Positions 25,303 to 38,022 of a DNA stretch of 64,000 bases are shown here, piece by piece. How positions within the stretch are numbered: position 1 is the first letter of the stretch; every line of letters begins with the position of its first letter. The notes beneath the pieces are model-generated. The model saw only the letters and a program-made list of their open reading frames with translations, had not been told where the DNA came from and ran no database searches. The translations under genes and the position numbers were made by a program. This stretch comes from Lingula anatina (Eukaryota > Animalia > Brachiopoda), in the NCBI GenBank assembly GCA_051362555.1, contig CM120646.1, positions 6,324,001-6,388,000 of the forward strand, in the 5' to 3' direction.

Positions 25303-25831
25303 TTATGTACCCCAATCAGTTGATGATCAACTTCAAGTACATAATCCCCACCCGGCCAACCCAATAAATTTGTGAATGCTTACCAACGCCCCCCCCCTCC
25401 CTCTTCCCCTCAAACTTTGCCTCCTTTTTCGCGCCTGTCTACATATATGATTAGTCTTGCTGTCTCTGAAAATGGTACACATGGGGGTCCATGAAAAATA
25501 TCTTTCAACTTTGCGTACAGTTACAAGCAATGATTTATAAATTTCTGTTCAATTTGCAGTCGTAAACTCAAAATATCGAGGATTTTTGATAACTTTGACT
25601 TGGGCAGATCTAGGATATAAATACGCATACCCTCGCATTTTTGAGCTTACATCTACACATTGAAAAGAAATATATAAATCATTGATATATGCGATGCAAT
25701 GCGACGGGGAATCAATCAACAGCATAATGCTTTTAATTCTTTAGGGAGATTAACTTAAGAATAAAAAATATCATGAATACTTCACGTAAGTTCAATCATA
25801 GCCTGGTTTTAGTTACACACATTATGTGATG

Positions 25832-25929
25832 CAGTGGCGGATTTAGAGGGGGGCAGGGCAGGGGGGGGGGAGGTGCGGCTTCGCATCTGCGGACCCCCTC
25901 CCCTTCAAATAATCCTGGATAAGCCCCTG
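25832..25929. mobile_element. Short hAT-like MITE upstream of UGT copy 1
   Basis: CAGTGGCGGATTTAG...CTGGATAAGCCCCTG with TSD TGATG. The empty site (cattacgtgatgctatattcagata) is present in the paralogous regions at ~34583 and ~37584. Confidence 0.85.
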
Positions 25930-26133
25930 TGATGCTATATTCAGATATAACCACTGACAAGGTTGAAGGTGACCAAATGAGCACACTTGAAGACTGACTA
26001 ACTTAGTTGATCAATGCTTATTTGTACTAACATATAGCGTAAGTAACTAAAAGTGGGGCAGAGGGAGTATGATATCGTTCCATGCTTGAAACTTCTCAAC
26101 TTATCAGTTCACTAGAGCTCAGTGTGGTAATAA

Positions 26134-26352
26134 AACCCCCTTTACACTGGACGGCGTCCTTTTTGGGTCCTTTGTGCGACCCTGAAACTGGCGTCGCTGA
26201 GGTTGAAGAAAGAAGGCACAAGCATCGCTGTTGTTGCAGAAAAAATGCTCAATGACCGGCCAGTTGTTGGCACATATATATATATTTTTTCACTCTCAAA
26301 CGGGGCCGTACTACGGGACGCAGAAAGGACGCCGCCCAGTGTAAAGGGGGCT
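26134..26352. mobile_element. PIF/Harbinger-like MITE
   Basis: TIR CCCCCTTTACACTGGACGGCGTCCTT...AAGGACGCCGCCCAGTGTAAAGGGGG. It is absent upstream of UGT copies 2-4. Confidence 0.75.
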
Positions 26353-26398
26353 TGATTGGAGATAAGATGCCTGCAAGTTGCCAATGGCTCTACTGATC

Positions 26399-26608
26399 GG
26401 CCATCGGTGCATTCAGAGGCAGTTGATCTGTGGACTAACTAGTCCGCGGATCAAATATGGCGCCATCCACTTGAAAAAGTGCCGAGATTTTATTACTCTT
26501 CCCCGGCAGGATCGGCGCGCTTTGGCCTCAGGTATCAATTGTTAAGTGCGCCCCATATTTGATCCGAGCACCTGTTAGTCCGTGGAACAACAGGTTGTGA
26601 ATATGGTC
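26399..26608. mobile_element. Family D palindromic MITE ~130 bp upstream of UGT copy 1
   Basis: ggatcaaatatggcgc...gcgccccatatttgatcc arms. It interrupts the tgatcggc..tatca-gtaactgacg sequence that is contiguous at ~34911 and ~37876. Confidence 0.7.
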
Positions 26609-26738
26609 TATCAAGTAACTGACGAGGGGCAAAATACAGGACAGTCTGGGTCATAGACCAACCTTATTTTTCTTGCTGGCTCTTGTCAACACGTTATTCT
26701 TCTGTCTGCTCGGTTATTTAAAGTTGTCTGTATCATAA

Positions 26739-28346
26739 ATGAACGAGATGGCAAGTAAAACTGGTATGTCACTGGCTGTATTGTACGTTCTTTTGTTGTG
26801 CTCTTCAACCTCTGACGGTGCAAGAATTCTGTCGCTGGTTTACCCTGGAAGGAGCCAATTAGGCCTTACCGTGACAGTGCTGTCAGAGCTGAAAGGTCGA
26901 GGGCACGACGTTTGGGCGGTGTTTGCGGACACGTTCGAAATATCGCAATCGCTGCTGCAAGAAAGTGAAATTAATCTGCTGACTTTTAGATCAAAGGAGA
27001 AGATGTTTCTGGACGATCCAGAGTTACAGAGGGACATTTACATGGCGGCCGTTGAAAAACCAGAACTACGCAGAAGCCTGTTCCATTTGGCGTCCACTAT
27101 TCAAAAAGCTTCTAGGATATTCGAAAGTTATTTGGAAGAGATGTTTGTGGACAAGGAACTGGACAGAAAGGTCAGGGAGTTGAACTTTGACCTCATGATT
27201 GTTTACGGTTATTGGTTTTTTGCAAAGGCCTACCTCTTCCCTCACCGGTATGCGGTCCCTTACGTGTCCATAGTCCTAGATATGCAGCAGCTTGCTGGTG
27301 TTCCAATGCTGCCTTCATTTGTCCCTAGTCTAGCGATAACTGCCAAGTGCTCCGACAACATGAGTCTTTCTCAGCGAATGCTCAATATCGTTCCTTACGT
27401 TTTACTGAGGCATTCCTTACAACCTATTACGCCGGAACTTTCCCAGAAGCATGCCCCGGGACGCCCTTACATGTCTACGCCAGAGCTGATGGCAGAATCA
27501 GAGTTGTGGATAGTGGACGGAGGCCAGCCCGCCATTGACCACGTCAAACCGTCACTGCCCAACGTCAAGTACCTGGGAGGTCTTATGACGCGACCCGCAA
27601 AGCCACTGCCGAAAGACTTGGAAACTTTTCTAAAAAGGCATGACCACGGCGTGGTTCTTGTATCGTTCGGCTCCCTGGTCAAATACATGCCGGACAGAGT
27701 AGTTCAGGAACTTTTCGAAGCCTTCAAGAACGTGCCTCATGGTGTTATATGGAAGTATAATGGACAACCACTAAAGAATGTCCCGGATCATGTTAAGATT
27801 ATGTCTTGGATGCCACAGAATGATATTTTGGGGCATCCTAACACTAAGCTCTTTATAACACACGCTGGAAACAACGGGCAGATGGAGGCACTATACCACG
27901 GTGTGCCCATGATAAGCATACCTTTGTTCGGTGACCAAGATTACAACGCGGCAAGGGCGGAACAAAAAGGCATTGCAATAACAATGGACCCGGCATTCTT
28001 AAAATCCGAGGATCTTATTTCTGCCATTAATATGATGATGCAAAATGAGACCTATGCCAAGAATATGCGTAGGGCGTCCGCCATTTTCCGCGATCAACCT
28101 GGCACCCCCGTGGAACTGGCAGGTTTTTGGATTGACCACGTGATCAAATATGGCGGTTCCTATATGAAGTCCCATGCAAGATTGCTTCCCTGGTACCAGT
28201 TCTATATGCTTGATGTTATGTTGGTGTTTATAGCAATTATGTTTATGATTTTTTTGTTCTGTGCAGTTTGTTGTTCTTTTGTGTGCAAAAAATTACGTAG
28301 TCATTCAACTTCCGCTGGGAAACAAAATACTAAAAAGACCGAATAG
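26739..28346 (+). CDS. UDP-glycosyltransferase (UGT family, GT1), copy 1, single coding exon
   Basis: Signal peptide, UGT signature WMPQNDILGHPNTKLFITHAGNNGQMEALYHGVPMISIPLFGDQ, C-terminal TM helix and KKTE tail. The start homologous to the paralogs is the ATG at 26748, which has the better Kozak context. Confidence 0.95.
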   Translation: MNEMASKTGMSLAVLYVLLLCSSTSDGARILSLVYPGRSQLGLTVTVLSELKGRGHDVWAVFADTFEISQSLLQESEINLLTFRSKEKMFLDDPELQRDIYMAAVEKPELRRSLFHLASTIQKASRIFESYLEEMFVDKELDRKVRELNFDLMIVYGYWFFAKAYLFPHRYAVPYVSIVLDMQQLAGVPMLPSFVPSLAITAKCSDNMSLSQRMLNIVPYVLLRHSLQPITPELSQKHAPGRPYMSTPELMAESELWIVDGGQPAIDHVKPSLPNVKYLGGLMTRPAKPLPKDLETFLKRHDHGVVLVSFGSLVKYMPDRVVQELFEAFKNVPHGVIWKYNGQPLKNVPDHVKIMSWMPQNDILGHPNTKLFITHAGNNGQMEALYHGVPMISIPLFGDQDYNAARAEQKGIAITMDPAFLKSEDLISAINMMMQNETYAKNMRRASAIFRDQPGTPVELAGFWIDHVIKYGGSYMKSHARLLPWYQFYMLDVMLVFIAIMFMIFLFCAVCCSFVCKKLRSHSTSAGKQNTKKTE

Positions 28347-28596
28347 AGCATAATTTTACTTTGTAACGAAATATATTACCTCTGCATATATTTCAGTATT
28401 TTTTCATTGCGAATGTGTCTAAACAGATAGACTATGTCTTATTTAAACTTCTCAGATAGATTCCCAACCTTTTTCGCCGTTTCTATCTACACTGTAACTT
28501 CAAATTCAATCGTATTTCATGGACGACGTGGCAAGAAAGCATTGTTTAGACTCTCAAAAAAGTTAATTGTTGTTAATTCACATATCAAGAAAGCTA

Positions 28597-28602
28597 AATA
28601 AA
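28597..28602 (+). terminator. Polyadenylation signal AATAAA of UGT copy 1
   Basis: Positionally conserved ~250 bp after each UGT stop (also 32534, 36899 and 39863). Confidence 0.55.
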
Positions 28603-30448
28603 GTGGATATGGAATACCGGTTTGGCATTATCTCTCAGTTTTCATAATTCGGAAGCTGAATATCTGTGATTGTCAAATACACGAAAACGACAAACAGCAT
28701 CCTCTTTTGTGGATGGTGATAGAATGCTAGTATCGACCCTTTATAAATCAATTTCTCAAAATTAGTGATTGACGCTTGATGCCTACCAATGGTGTGCATG
28801 TTCCATTTTTCCCTTGTGACGTCACAATTTACTTTTGACTTCCTCGCATTCGTCGGTGTGGCAACCGCCGGAAATGAATAATTAAATGATTTATTGAGTA
28901 TGTAAAATTTTTATCCTGTCCATGATCTCAATTCTGTCTGCAGCTACATGGGTATTAAAAAATTACTATAGAAAATTGTTCAAATTCTCAAAATGGCATG
29001 TACTTTCAGTAATAAAATCAGACTAGTAAATTGTCATTAGAGCTGTCTTTCAGCTCCCTTTCTCAAAGACAAATACAATGACCACACCTTGTGGGGAACC
29101 CCCTTAGACCATCCCGGGCCCCACATTACATTAAATAACACTTATTAATATTAAAATCCCAGGGTTTGGGCACAATGGGCTGTTCTTGGGATAACGCTAT
29201 CTGCAATACTGCTACAGAGATTCCCAGGTTCCTTGTCTTAAACTCTTCACACGGAAAAGAATGAAACTACATGTTGTAACTTCAACAGAATAATATTTCT
29301 TTGCTACACTAACAGTTACATGGTACAAGCCTCTCTCTCCTCCTCTCTCTCTTCTATCCAGTCTCAATTCTACATCTTCCTCTCCTCCCTTCTCTCCTCT
29401 ATCCAGTCATTTCTACATCTCACTCCTCCCTAGGTTTAAGTTCCCAGATTTTTTATACTAAACTTTATCTACTAAATTGTCAATCACAAAACTTAAAAAC
29501 TGATTGGTTACTTCATACGCAAGTCCACCCCTTCCTGGTGGTCACTGTTAATAAATCCCTGTAATCAAGTTCTAACAAATTACCGGCTTCGAAACAAAGG
29601 ACATTAAAATTTGAACTGCAAGGTGTGAAGTACATGTTTTATCTAAAGCTACTTATACAACATGGCTTCTCATGTATGAATTTTATGAAACAATGGCTTC
29701 CTCTGATTGAGTTAATACTACACCAAGTATGCAAGTTTTAAAGGTACTAATTACACTTTTTTTTATACTGTGGTTCCTGACAACCTGTGAAGGTCATATC
29801 TGTTTTAGTTCTATTTGCTACAATGACACCAACTGATAAGATCACTTTCTTCCAATTAAACCACCTCAAGGGGCTCTATGATTGTTTGAAGATCGAGGTA
29901 AGTTCTGTTCAATCGCTGTCAGTGGACAGATTCATCCGATAACAAAGACATTGCAACTTCTTACCTGAAAAACAATCAGAACTGCAGCTCATATAATTAC
30001 AGTGTAAGAGAGGTGCATTTCAATCGCTTATAAAATCGGCATCAATACTAGAAAAGGTCCTTGATGGCCATTTCCTGGCACTATATACCTATGCTGATAT
30101 AATTAAACAGTTGTCAAGTTTAATTATCAACCGGTGTGAGAGATACAGACGATCAAAGTTGATCATTTTAACATTGGGAGTAATGGAGCTTACGGATTGG
30201 TTTACCCTAGTCCGGGCATGGCGGCCATCTTGTGACGTCATGCCGACTGTAAGAATAGGGGTGAAGGTGTCGAAACTAGCACACTTAGAGACTGCATGAA
30301 CAAAGGAAGTCGACCCATATGCGTCCTTGTACTGTACAAACATAGAGCGCACATAACTAAAAGTGGAGTCAGAGGGAGCATGATATATTTGTCATCTTTC
30401 TGTTCTCGGGATATCTCGACTTATCATGGAAGTTACCAAGGGCACTTT

Positions 30449-30536
30449 TGGGCCCCGTAACTCGATGGCATCGCGCATTGCGACCGATCGCAGGCGTCTC
30501 CATTCCATAACTAGCCCATACTCGCGTCATATAATA
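30449..30536 (+). promoter_or_regulatory. ~70-bp MITE followed by a TATA-like TATAATA upstream of UGT copy 2
   Basis: The same arrangement occurs at 34810-34897 and 37775-37862. The 70-bp element also occurs alone, inverted, at 62891-62961. Confidence 0.45.
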
Positions 30537-30675
30537 CATTTAGGGGAACTGACGGAAGCCAAAATATAGGACAGTCTGGGTCATAGATATAGGTTCTCTT
30601 ACAGACTGTTGTCAACACGTTATATTCTTCTGTCGGCTCGGTTATTTATACTTGTCTATGTCATAAAGGAACGAG

Positions 30676-32274
30676 ATGACGAGTAAAACTGGTATGTCAC
30701 TGGCTGTATTGTACGTTCTTTTGTTGTGCTCTTCAACCTCTGACGGTGCAAGAATTCTGTCGCTGGTTTACCCTGGAAAGAGCCAGTTAGGCCTAACCGT
30801 GACAGTGCTGTCAGAGCTGAAAAGTCGAGGGCACGACGTTTGGGCAGTGTTTGCGGACACGTTCGAAATATCGGCCTCGATGTTGCGAGAAAGCGGAATT
30901 AATCTGCTGACTTTTAGATCTAAGGAGAAAATGTTTCTGGACGATCCGGAGGTACAGAGAGATATTTTAATGGCGGCCGTTGAAAACCCAGAACTACGCA
31001 CAAGCCTGTTTCATATAACGTCCGCTATTCAAAAATTGTCTAGGATATTCGAAAGTTATTTAGAAGAGATGTTTGTGGACAAGGAACTGGACAGAAAGGT
31101 CAGTGAGTTAAACTTTGACCTCATGATTGTAAGCGGTTATTGGTTTTTTGCAAAAGCCTATCTCTTCCCTCACCGGTATGCCGTTCCTTACGTGTCAATA
31201 GTCCTAGATATGCAGCAGCTTGCTGGTGTTCCAATGCTGCCTTCATTTGTCCCTAGTCTAGCGATAACTGCCAAGTGCTCCGACAACATGAGTCTTTCTC
31301 AACGAATTCTAAACGTTCTTCCTTACCTTTTCCTGAAGCATTCCTTACAACCTATTACGCCGGAACTTTCCCAGAAGCATGCCCCGGGACGCCCTTACAT
31401 GTCTACGCCAGAGCTGATGGCAGAATCAGAGTTGTGGATAGTGAACGGAGGCCAGCCCGCCATTGACCACGTCAAACCGTCACTGCCCAACGTCAAGTAC
31501 CTGGGAGGTCTCATGACGCGACCCGCAAAGCCACTGCCTAAAGACTTGGAAACTTTTCTTAAAAAGCATGGCCACGGCGTGGCTCTTGTATCGTTCGGCT
31601 CCGTGATCAAATACATGCCGGACAGAGTAGTTCAGGAACTTCTCGAAGCCTTCAAGAACGTGCCTTATGGCGTTATATGGAAGTATAATGGGCCGCCGTT
31701 AAAGAATGTCCCGGATCATGTTAAGATTGTGTCTTGGATGCCACAGAATGATATTTTGGGTCATCCTAACACTAAGCTCTTTATAACACACGCTGGAAAC
31801 AACGGGCAGATGGAGGCACTATACCACGGTGTGCCCATGATAAGCATACCTTTGTTCGGTGACCAAGATTACAACGCGGCAAGGGCGGAACAAAAAGGCA
31901 TCGCAATAACAATGGACGCGGCATTCTTAAAATCCGAGGATCTTATTTCTGCTATTAATATGATGATGGAAAATGAGACCTATGCCAAGAATATGCGCAG
32001 GGCGTCCGCCATTTTTCGCGATCAACCCGGCACCCCAGTGGAACTGGCAGGTTTCTGGATTGACCACGTGATCAAATATGGCGGTTCCTATATGAAGTCC
32101 CATGCAAGACTGCTTCCCTGGTACCAGTTCTATATGCTTGATGTTATGTTGGTTTTTTTAGCAATGATTTTATTAATTTGTTTGTTCTGTGGAGTTTGTT
32201 GTTCGTTTGTTTGCAAAAAATTACGTGGCCAGTCAACTTCAGCTGGGAAACAAAAGACCCAAAAGACCGAATAG
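30676..32274 (+). CDS. UDP-glycosyltransferase copy 2, 532 aa
   Basis: Intact ORF with the UGT signature, TM helix and lysine-rich tail; close paralog of copy 1. Confidence 0.95.
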   Translation: MTSKTGMSLAVLYVLLLCSSTSDGARILSLVYPGKSQLGLTVTVLSELKSRGHDVWAVFADTFEISASMLRESGINLLTFRSKEKMFLDDPEVQRDILMAAVENPELRTSLFHITSAIQKLSRIFESYLEEMFVDKELDRKVSELNFDLMIVSGYWFFAKAYLFPHRYAVPYVSIVLDMQQLAGVPMLPSFVPSLAITAKCSDNMSLSQRILNVLPYLFLKHSLQPITPELSQKHAPGRPYMSTPELMAESELWIVNGGQPAIDHVKPSLPNVKYLGGLMTRPAKPLPKDLETFLKKHGHGVALVSFGSVIKYMPDRVVQELLEAFKNVPYGVIWKYNGPPLKNVPDHVKIVSWMPQNDILGHPNTKLFITHAGNNGQMEALYHGVPMISIPLFGDQDYNAARAEQKGIAITMDAAFLKSEDLISAINMMMENETYAKNMRRASAIFRDQPGTPVELAGFWIDHVIKYGGSYMKSHARLLPWYQFYMLDVMLVFLAMILLICLFCGVCCSFVCKKLRGQSTSAGKQKTQKTE

Positions 32275-35057
32275 AGCATAATTTTTACTTTGTAACAAAA
32301 TTCAGTATATTACCTCTGCGTATATTTCAGTATTTTTTTCATTGCGAATGTGTCTAAAGAGATAGACTCTGTTTTATTTAAACTCTTCAGATAGATTCCC
32401 AATCTTTTTCGCCGTTTCTATTTACACTGTAACTTCAATTTCCATCGTTTTTCATGGACGACGTGGCAAGAAAGCATTGTTTAGACTCTCAAAAAAGTAA
32501 CTTGTTGTTAATTCATACATATCAAGAAAGCTAAATAAAATGGATGTGGACAACCAGTTTGGACCATGATATTATCTCCCAGTTTTCATAATTCGGAAGC
32601 CGAATGGCTGTTTTGATCTTATCGGGTTACATTGCTTGAACAGTAAATATATTTATTGTCAAAGACACGAAAACGACAAACAGTATCCTCTTTCGTGGAT
32701 GAGGATAGAATGGTAGTATTGTCCCTTTATAAATTTATTTATTAAAATTCGTGATGACGCTTGGTGCCTACCAATACTGTTCATGACGCATTTTTCCCTT
32801 GTGACGTCACAATTCACTTTTATATGCAGTATTGATCATCATTATAGTCTGACCATTTTGAGTGATACTGAAATTGATATAGACTATCTTTCAGATCCAC
32901 AAAACTCGCAAACGACACAATCTGCACGAGCAATGTGATATGAGTCCATCGCCTTGGTAACTAGACAGAATTTGATTGACTTTTTGCAATAAAACTTTTA
33001 ATACTCTCTCTCTCTCTTTCTCTCTCCAAAAACCAAAATTAAAAATTTGAGGTTAATGCAGAAGATTATTATAATCCAAAATTTGTTTTATTTTTCAGGA
33101 GAAAAAACATTGTTTGTAGACAAATGTCCGAAATTTATGAAACAGAATCGGACGTACCTACCTTAAGCTTGATATTGACGAGATTAACTTTGTGACTGTG
33201 ACTTTGATGAGCCACGTGCAATATTTTGCGGTCTATTAATTTCTTAGATAGAAATATTTGGTTCGCTGGACTGCACCAGTCAAGAACTCACTTCGTCTCT
33301 ACTCGTTGCAAGTCCGCAGTAGGATTTCACTGACTGTTTTTTTTTATTCCATTCAGTTTATTCTTTATGATACCATAAAACCAGGCAAAAGTTATGTAAA
33401 TTATCGGACCACTTGAACCTTCATAGATGGTTACATGTAATAATATTTTCTTCTGTAGAGATTGCACGCTTAAAAAAAGAAATGATCGATCTACTTTAAA
33501 TATGGGAATTAACGACGTTTATCTCAACAAAAGTCCGTTTCCCGCCAAAATGAAAAGCTGTTTTCTATTTAAGCAACATTGATCAACCAAACCAAATAGT
33601 ACGACAAAAAACTGACTATTACATAGGGTTGTAAAGTGAAATGAAACGCTCATCACGTACGTTAACCGGTCAATTTCAGGAGTTTACACAAGTACTCATC
33701 AGAAAATTGGAAATGTCCAATTTCTCTTCTCTCAACGCGTTGTTTGCCGTTGTACTGCACTAAAGTCTAGCACAGTGCTTCATATGACACTGTACTACGC
33801 CATGAATACGCTTCACTATTCTGGTACGTATATCTAATTATTATTAAAATAAAAATAATTATTGAATAATTTAAAAAAAACTCATGGGTTCTTCCTGCCT
33901 TTCTCTTTAATTGCATCTGTATGTTATTGGGTATTGTGTTTGTGTGGAAAAGCCCCCTGTTGTTGTTGCGGTTGTTGTAGCCCTACGATTTGTCTGAACA
34001 TTTCTTTTCCGGAATCTTCGTGCAATACTTTTGTCCCCCATTTGTATATACCAATATCTTATGTAACTAACAATGGATAAGTTTAACGATAGTGACCAGC
34101 ATTCAGTGTGGTGAATGTGTTAGCTGTGCCCTCACAGCTCACCAAATGCTGATCTCCTACGGTACCCCTTATTCAACCGGTCGAGATTCGACGCGTGGTG
34201 AGTCGTGTGAGAGGCGGAGAGACCATTTCAGGATTAAGCGGTCTTTCTTTCATGTAGGTCCGCCATTTTTAGATCGCGACCTAGCTAGCACTCGGCTCTT
34301 CTCGATCTGAATGGTGCCTCAGTGATCGAAAACCCTCGCAATTTTGAGTTAACGTCTATGCATTGAAAAGGAAAAAAAAATATTGATATGTGCGATAGTC
34401 CGACGGGGACCCAAGCGACAGCATAACAGTTTTAGTTCTTTGGGGAGTTTTCACTTTAGAATAAAACAAAAAAAATATCATCAATACTTCACCTACCAAA
34501 CATTTCATGCTTGTGGACGTTTGTGGCCGTTTGTGGTAGTTAATTAGATCTAACTTCATCATAGCCATGTTTCAGTTAGAGACATTACGTGATGCTATAT
34601 TCAGATACAACACTGATAGGGGTGAAGGTGGTGAAACTAGCACACTTAGAGACTGCATGAACAAAGGAAGATGACCCGTATGCCTCCTTGTACTGTACCA
34701 ACAAATAGCGTACGTAACTAAAAGTGGAGTCAGAGGGAGTATGATATCTTTGTCATCTTTCCGTTCTCGGGATTTCTCGACTTATCATGGAAGTTACCAA
34801 GGGCACTTCTGGGCCCCGTAACTCGATAGCATCACGCATTGCGACCATTCGCAGGCGTCTCCATTCCTTAAATCGCCCATACTCGCCCCATATAATACAT
34901 TTAGGGGGCCTGATCGGCTATATCACGTAACTGACGGTAGCCAAAATATAGGACAGCCTGGGTCATAGATCTAGGTTCTCTTGCAGACTGTTGTCAACAC
35001 GTTATATTCTTCTGTCGGCTCGGTTATTTATAGTTGTCTATGTCATAAAGGAACGAG

Positions 35058-36656
35058 ATGGCGAGCAAAGCTGTTTTGTCACTGGCTGTATTGTACGTTC
35101 TTTTGTTGCGTTCTTCAACCTCTGACGGTGGAAGGATTTTGTCGCTGGTTTACCCTGGTAAGAGCCTGTTAAGCCTTACCGTGACAGTGCTGACAGAACT
35201 GAAAAGTCGAGGGCACGACGTTTGGGCGGTGTATGCGGACACGTTCGAAATATCGGCCTCGATGTTGCGAGAAAGCGGTATTAATCTGCTGACTTTTACA
35301 TCTAAGGAGAAAATGTTTCTGGACGATCCGGAGGTACAGAGAGATATTTTAATGGCGGCCGTTGAAAACCCAGAACTACGCACAAGCCTTTTTCATTTAA
35401 CGTCCACTATTCAAAAATTTACTAGTATATTCGAAAGTTATTTGGAAGAGATGTTTGTGGACAAGGAACTGGACAGAAAGGTCAGGGAGTTGAAATTTGA
35501 CCTCATGATTGTTTGCGGTTATTGGTTTTTTGCAAAAGCCTACCTCTTCCCTCACCGGTATGCGGTTCCTTACGTGTCCATAGTCCTAGATATGCAGCAG
35601 CTTGCTGGTGTACCAATGCTTCCTTCATTTGTCCCTAGTCTAGCGATAACTGCCAAGTACTCCGACAAAATGAGTCTTCCTCAGCGAATGCTCAACATCG
35701 TTCCTTACGTCTTACTGAAGCATTCCATACAACCTATTTCGCCGGAACTTTCCAAGAAGCATGCCCCGGGGCGCCCTTACATGTCTACGCCAGAACTGAT
35801 GGCAGAATCAGAGTTGTGGATAGTGGACGGAGGCCAGCCCGCCATTGACCACGTCAAACCGTCACTGCCCAACGTCAAGTACCTGGGAGGTCTTGTGACG
35901 CGACCCGCAAAGCCACTGCCGAAAGACTTGGAGACTTTTCTCAAAAAACATGACCACGGCGTGGTTCTTGTGTCGTTCGGCTCCCTGGTCAAATACATGC
36001 CGGACAGAGTAGTTCAGGAACTTTTCGAAGCCTTCAAGAACGTGCCTTATGGTGTTATATGGAAGTATAATGGGCAGCCGCTAAATAATGTCCCGGGTCA
36101 TGTCAAGATTATGTCTTGGATGCCACAGAATGATATTTTGGGGCATCCTAACACTAAGCTCTTTATAACACACGCTGGAAACAACGGGCAGATGGAGGCA
36201 CTATACCACGGTGTGCCCATGATAAGCATACCTTTGTTCGGTGACCAAGATTACAACGCGGCAAGGGCGGAACAAAAAGGCATCGCAATAACAATGGACG
36301 CGGCATTCTTAAAATCCGAGAATCTTATTTCAGCCATTAATATGATGATGCAAAATGAGACCTACGCCAAGAATATGCGTAGGGCGTCCGCCATTTTCCG
36401 CGATCAACCTGGCACCCCCGTGGAACTGGCAGGTTTCTGGATTGACCACGTAATCAATTATGGCGGTTCCTATATGAAGTCCCATGCAAGACTACTTCCC
36501 TGGTACCAGTTCTATATGCTTGATGTTATGTTGGTGTTTTTAGCAATTATTTTATTGATTTGTTTGTTCTTTGGAGTTTGTTGTTCCTTTGTGTGCAAAA
36601 AATTACGTAGTCAGTCAACTTCCGCTGGGAAACAAAAGACCAAAAAGACCGAATAG
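35058..36656 (+). CDS. UDP-glycosyltransferase copy 3, 532 aa
   Basis: Intact ORF with the UGT signature, TM helix and KKTE tail. Confidence 0.95.
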   Translation: MASKAVLSLAVLYVLLLRSSTSDGGRILSLVYPGKSLLSLTVTVLTELKSRGHDVWAVYADTFEISASMLRESGINLLTFTSKEKMFLDDPEVQRDILMAAVENPELRTSLFHLTSTIQKFTSIFESYLEEMFVDKELDRKVRELKFDLMIVCGYWFFAKAYLFPHRYAVPYVSIVLDMQQLAGVPMLPSFVPSLAITAKYSDKMSLPQRMLNIVPYVLLKHSIQPISPELSKKHAPGRPYMSTPELMAESELWIVDGGQPAIDHVKPSLPNVKYLGGLVTRPAKPLPKDLETFLKKHDHGVVLVSFGSLVKYMPDRVVQELFEAFKNVPYGVIWKYNGQPLNNVPGHVKIMSWMPQNDILGHPNTKLFITHAGNNGQMEALYHGVPMISIPLFGDQDYNAARAEQKGIAITMDAAFLKSENLISAINMMMQNETYAKNMRRASAIFRDQPGTPVELAGFWIDHVINYGGSYMKSHARLLPWYQFYMLDVMLVFLAIILLICLFFGVCCSFVCKKLRSQSTSAGKQKTKKTE

Positions 36657-38022
36657 AGCATAATTTTTTACTTGTGACGAAATATATTACCTCTGCATAT
36701 ATTTCAGTTTTTTTTTCATGGCGAATGTGTCTAAAGAGATAGACTATGTTTTATTTACACTTCTCAGATAGATTCCCATTCTTTTTCGCCGTTTCTATGT
36801 ACACTGTAACTTCAAATTTCATGGACGATGTGGCAAGAAAGCGTTGATGAGACTCTCAATAAAGGTACTTGTTGTTAATTCATATATCAAGAAAGCTAAA
36901 TAAAATGGATGTGGAAAACCAGTTTGGTATTATCTCTCAGTTTTCATAATTCGTGCTGAAAGTCTGTTTTGATCTCATCGGTTAACGCTTGGTGCCTACC
37001 AATGGTGTTCATGACGCGTTTTCCCTTGTGACGTCACAATATACTTTTGTTGTATTCCTCGCAATCATCGGTGTGGCAACCGCCGGAAATGAATGTGATT
37101 GGTATGACAAGAGGCTATTGGTATTATTTTATAATTTGTTATGCTTGTGGATTACTGTAGTCTACGTACCCCTTATTCAACCGGTCGAGATTCGACGCGT
37201 GGTGAGTCGTGTGAGAGGCGGAGAGACCATTTCAGGATTAAGCGGTCTTTCTTTCATGTAGGTCCGCCATTTTTAGATCGCGACCTAGCTAGCACTCGGC
37301 TCTTCTCGATCTGAATGGTGCCTAAGTGATCGAAAACCCTCGCAATTTTGAGTTAACGTCTACGCATTGAAAAGGAAAAAACATTGATATGTGCGATAGT
37401 GCGACGAGGACCCAAGCGACAGCATAACAGTTTTAGTTCTTTCGGGAGTTTTCATTTTAGAATAAAACAAAAAAAATATCATCAATACTTCACATACCAA
37501 CCATTTCATGCTTGTGGACGTTTGTGGCCGTTTGTGGTAGTAAATTAGATCTAACTTCATCATAGCCATGTTTCAGTTAGAGACATTACGTGATGCTATA
37601 TTCAGATACAACACTGATAGGGGTGAAGGTGGCAAATGGTGCCTCCTTGTACATGTACTGTACTAACATATTGCGTACGTAACTGAAAGTGGAGTCAGAG
37701 GGGGCATGATATCTTTGTCATCTTTCCGTTCTCGGGATTTCTCGACTTATCATGGAAGTTACCAAGGGCACTTATGGGCCCCGTAACTCGATAGCATCGC
37801 GCATTGCGACCGATCGCAGGCGTCTCCGTTCCTTAAATCGCCCATACTCGCCCCATATAATACATTTGGGGGCCCTGATCGGCTATATTACGTAACTGAC
37901 GGAAGCCAAAATATAGCACAGCCTGGGTCATAAATCTTGGTTCTCTTGCAGACTGTTGGCAATTCGTTATATTCATCTGTCGGCCCGGTTATTTATAGTT
38001 GTCTATGTCATAAAGGAACGAG

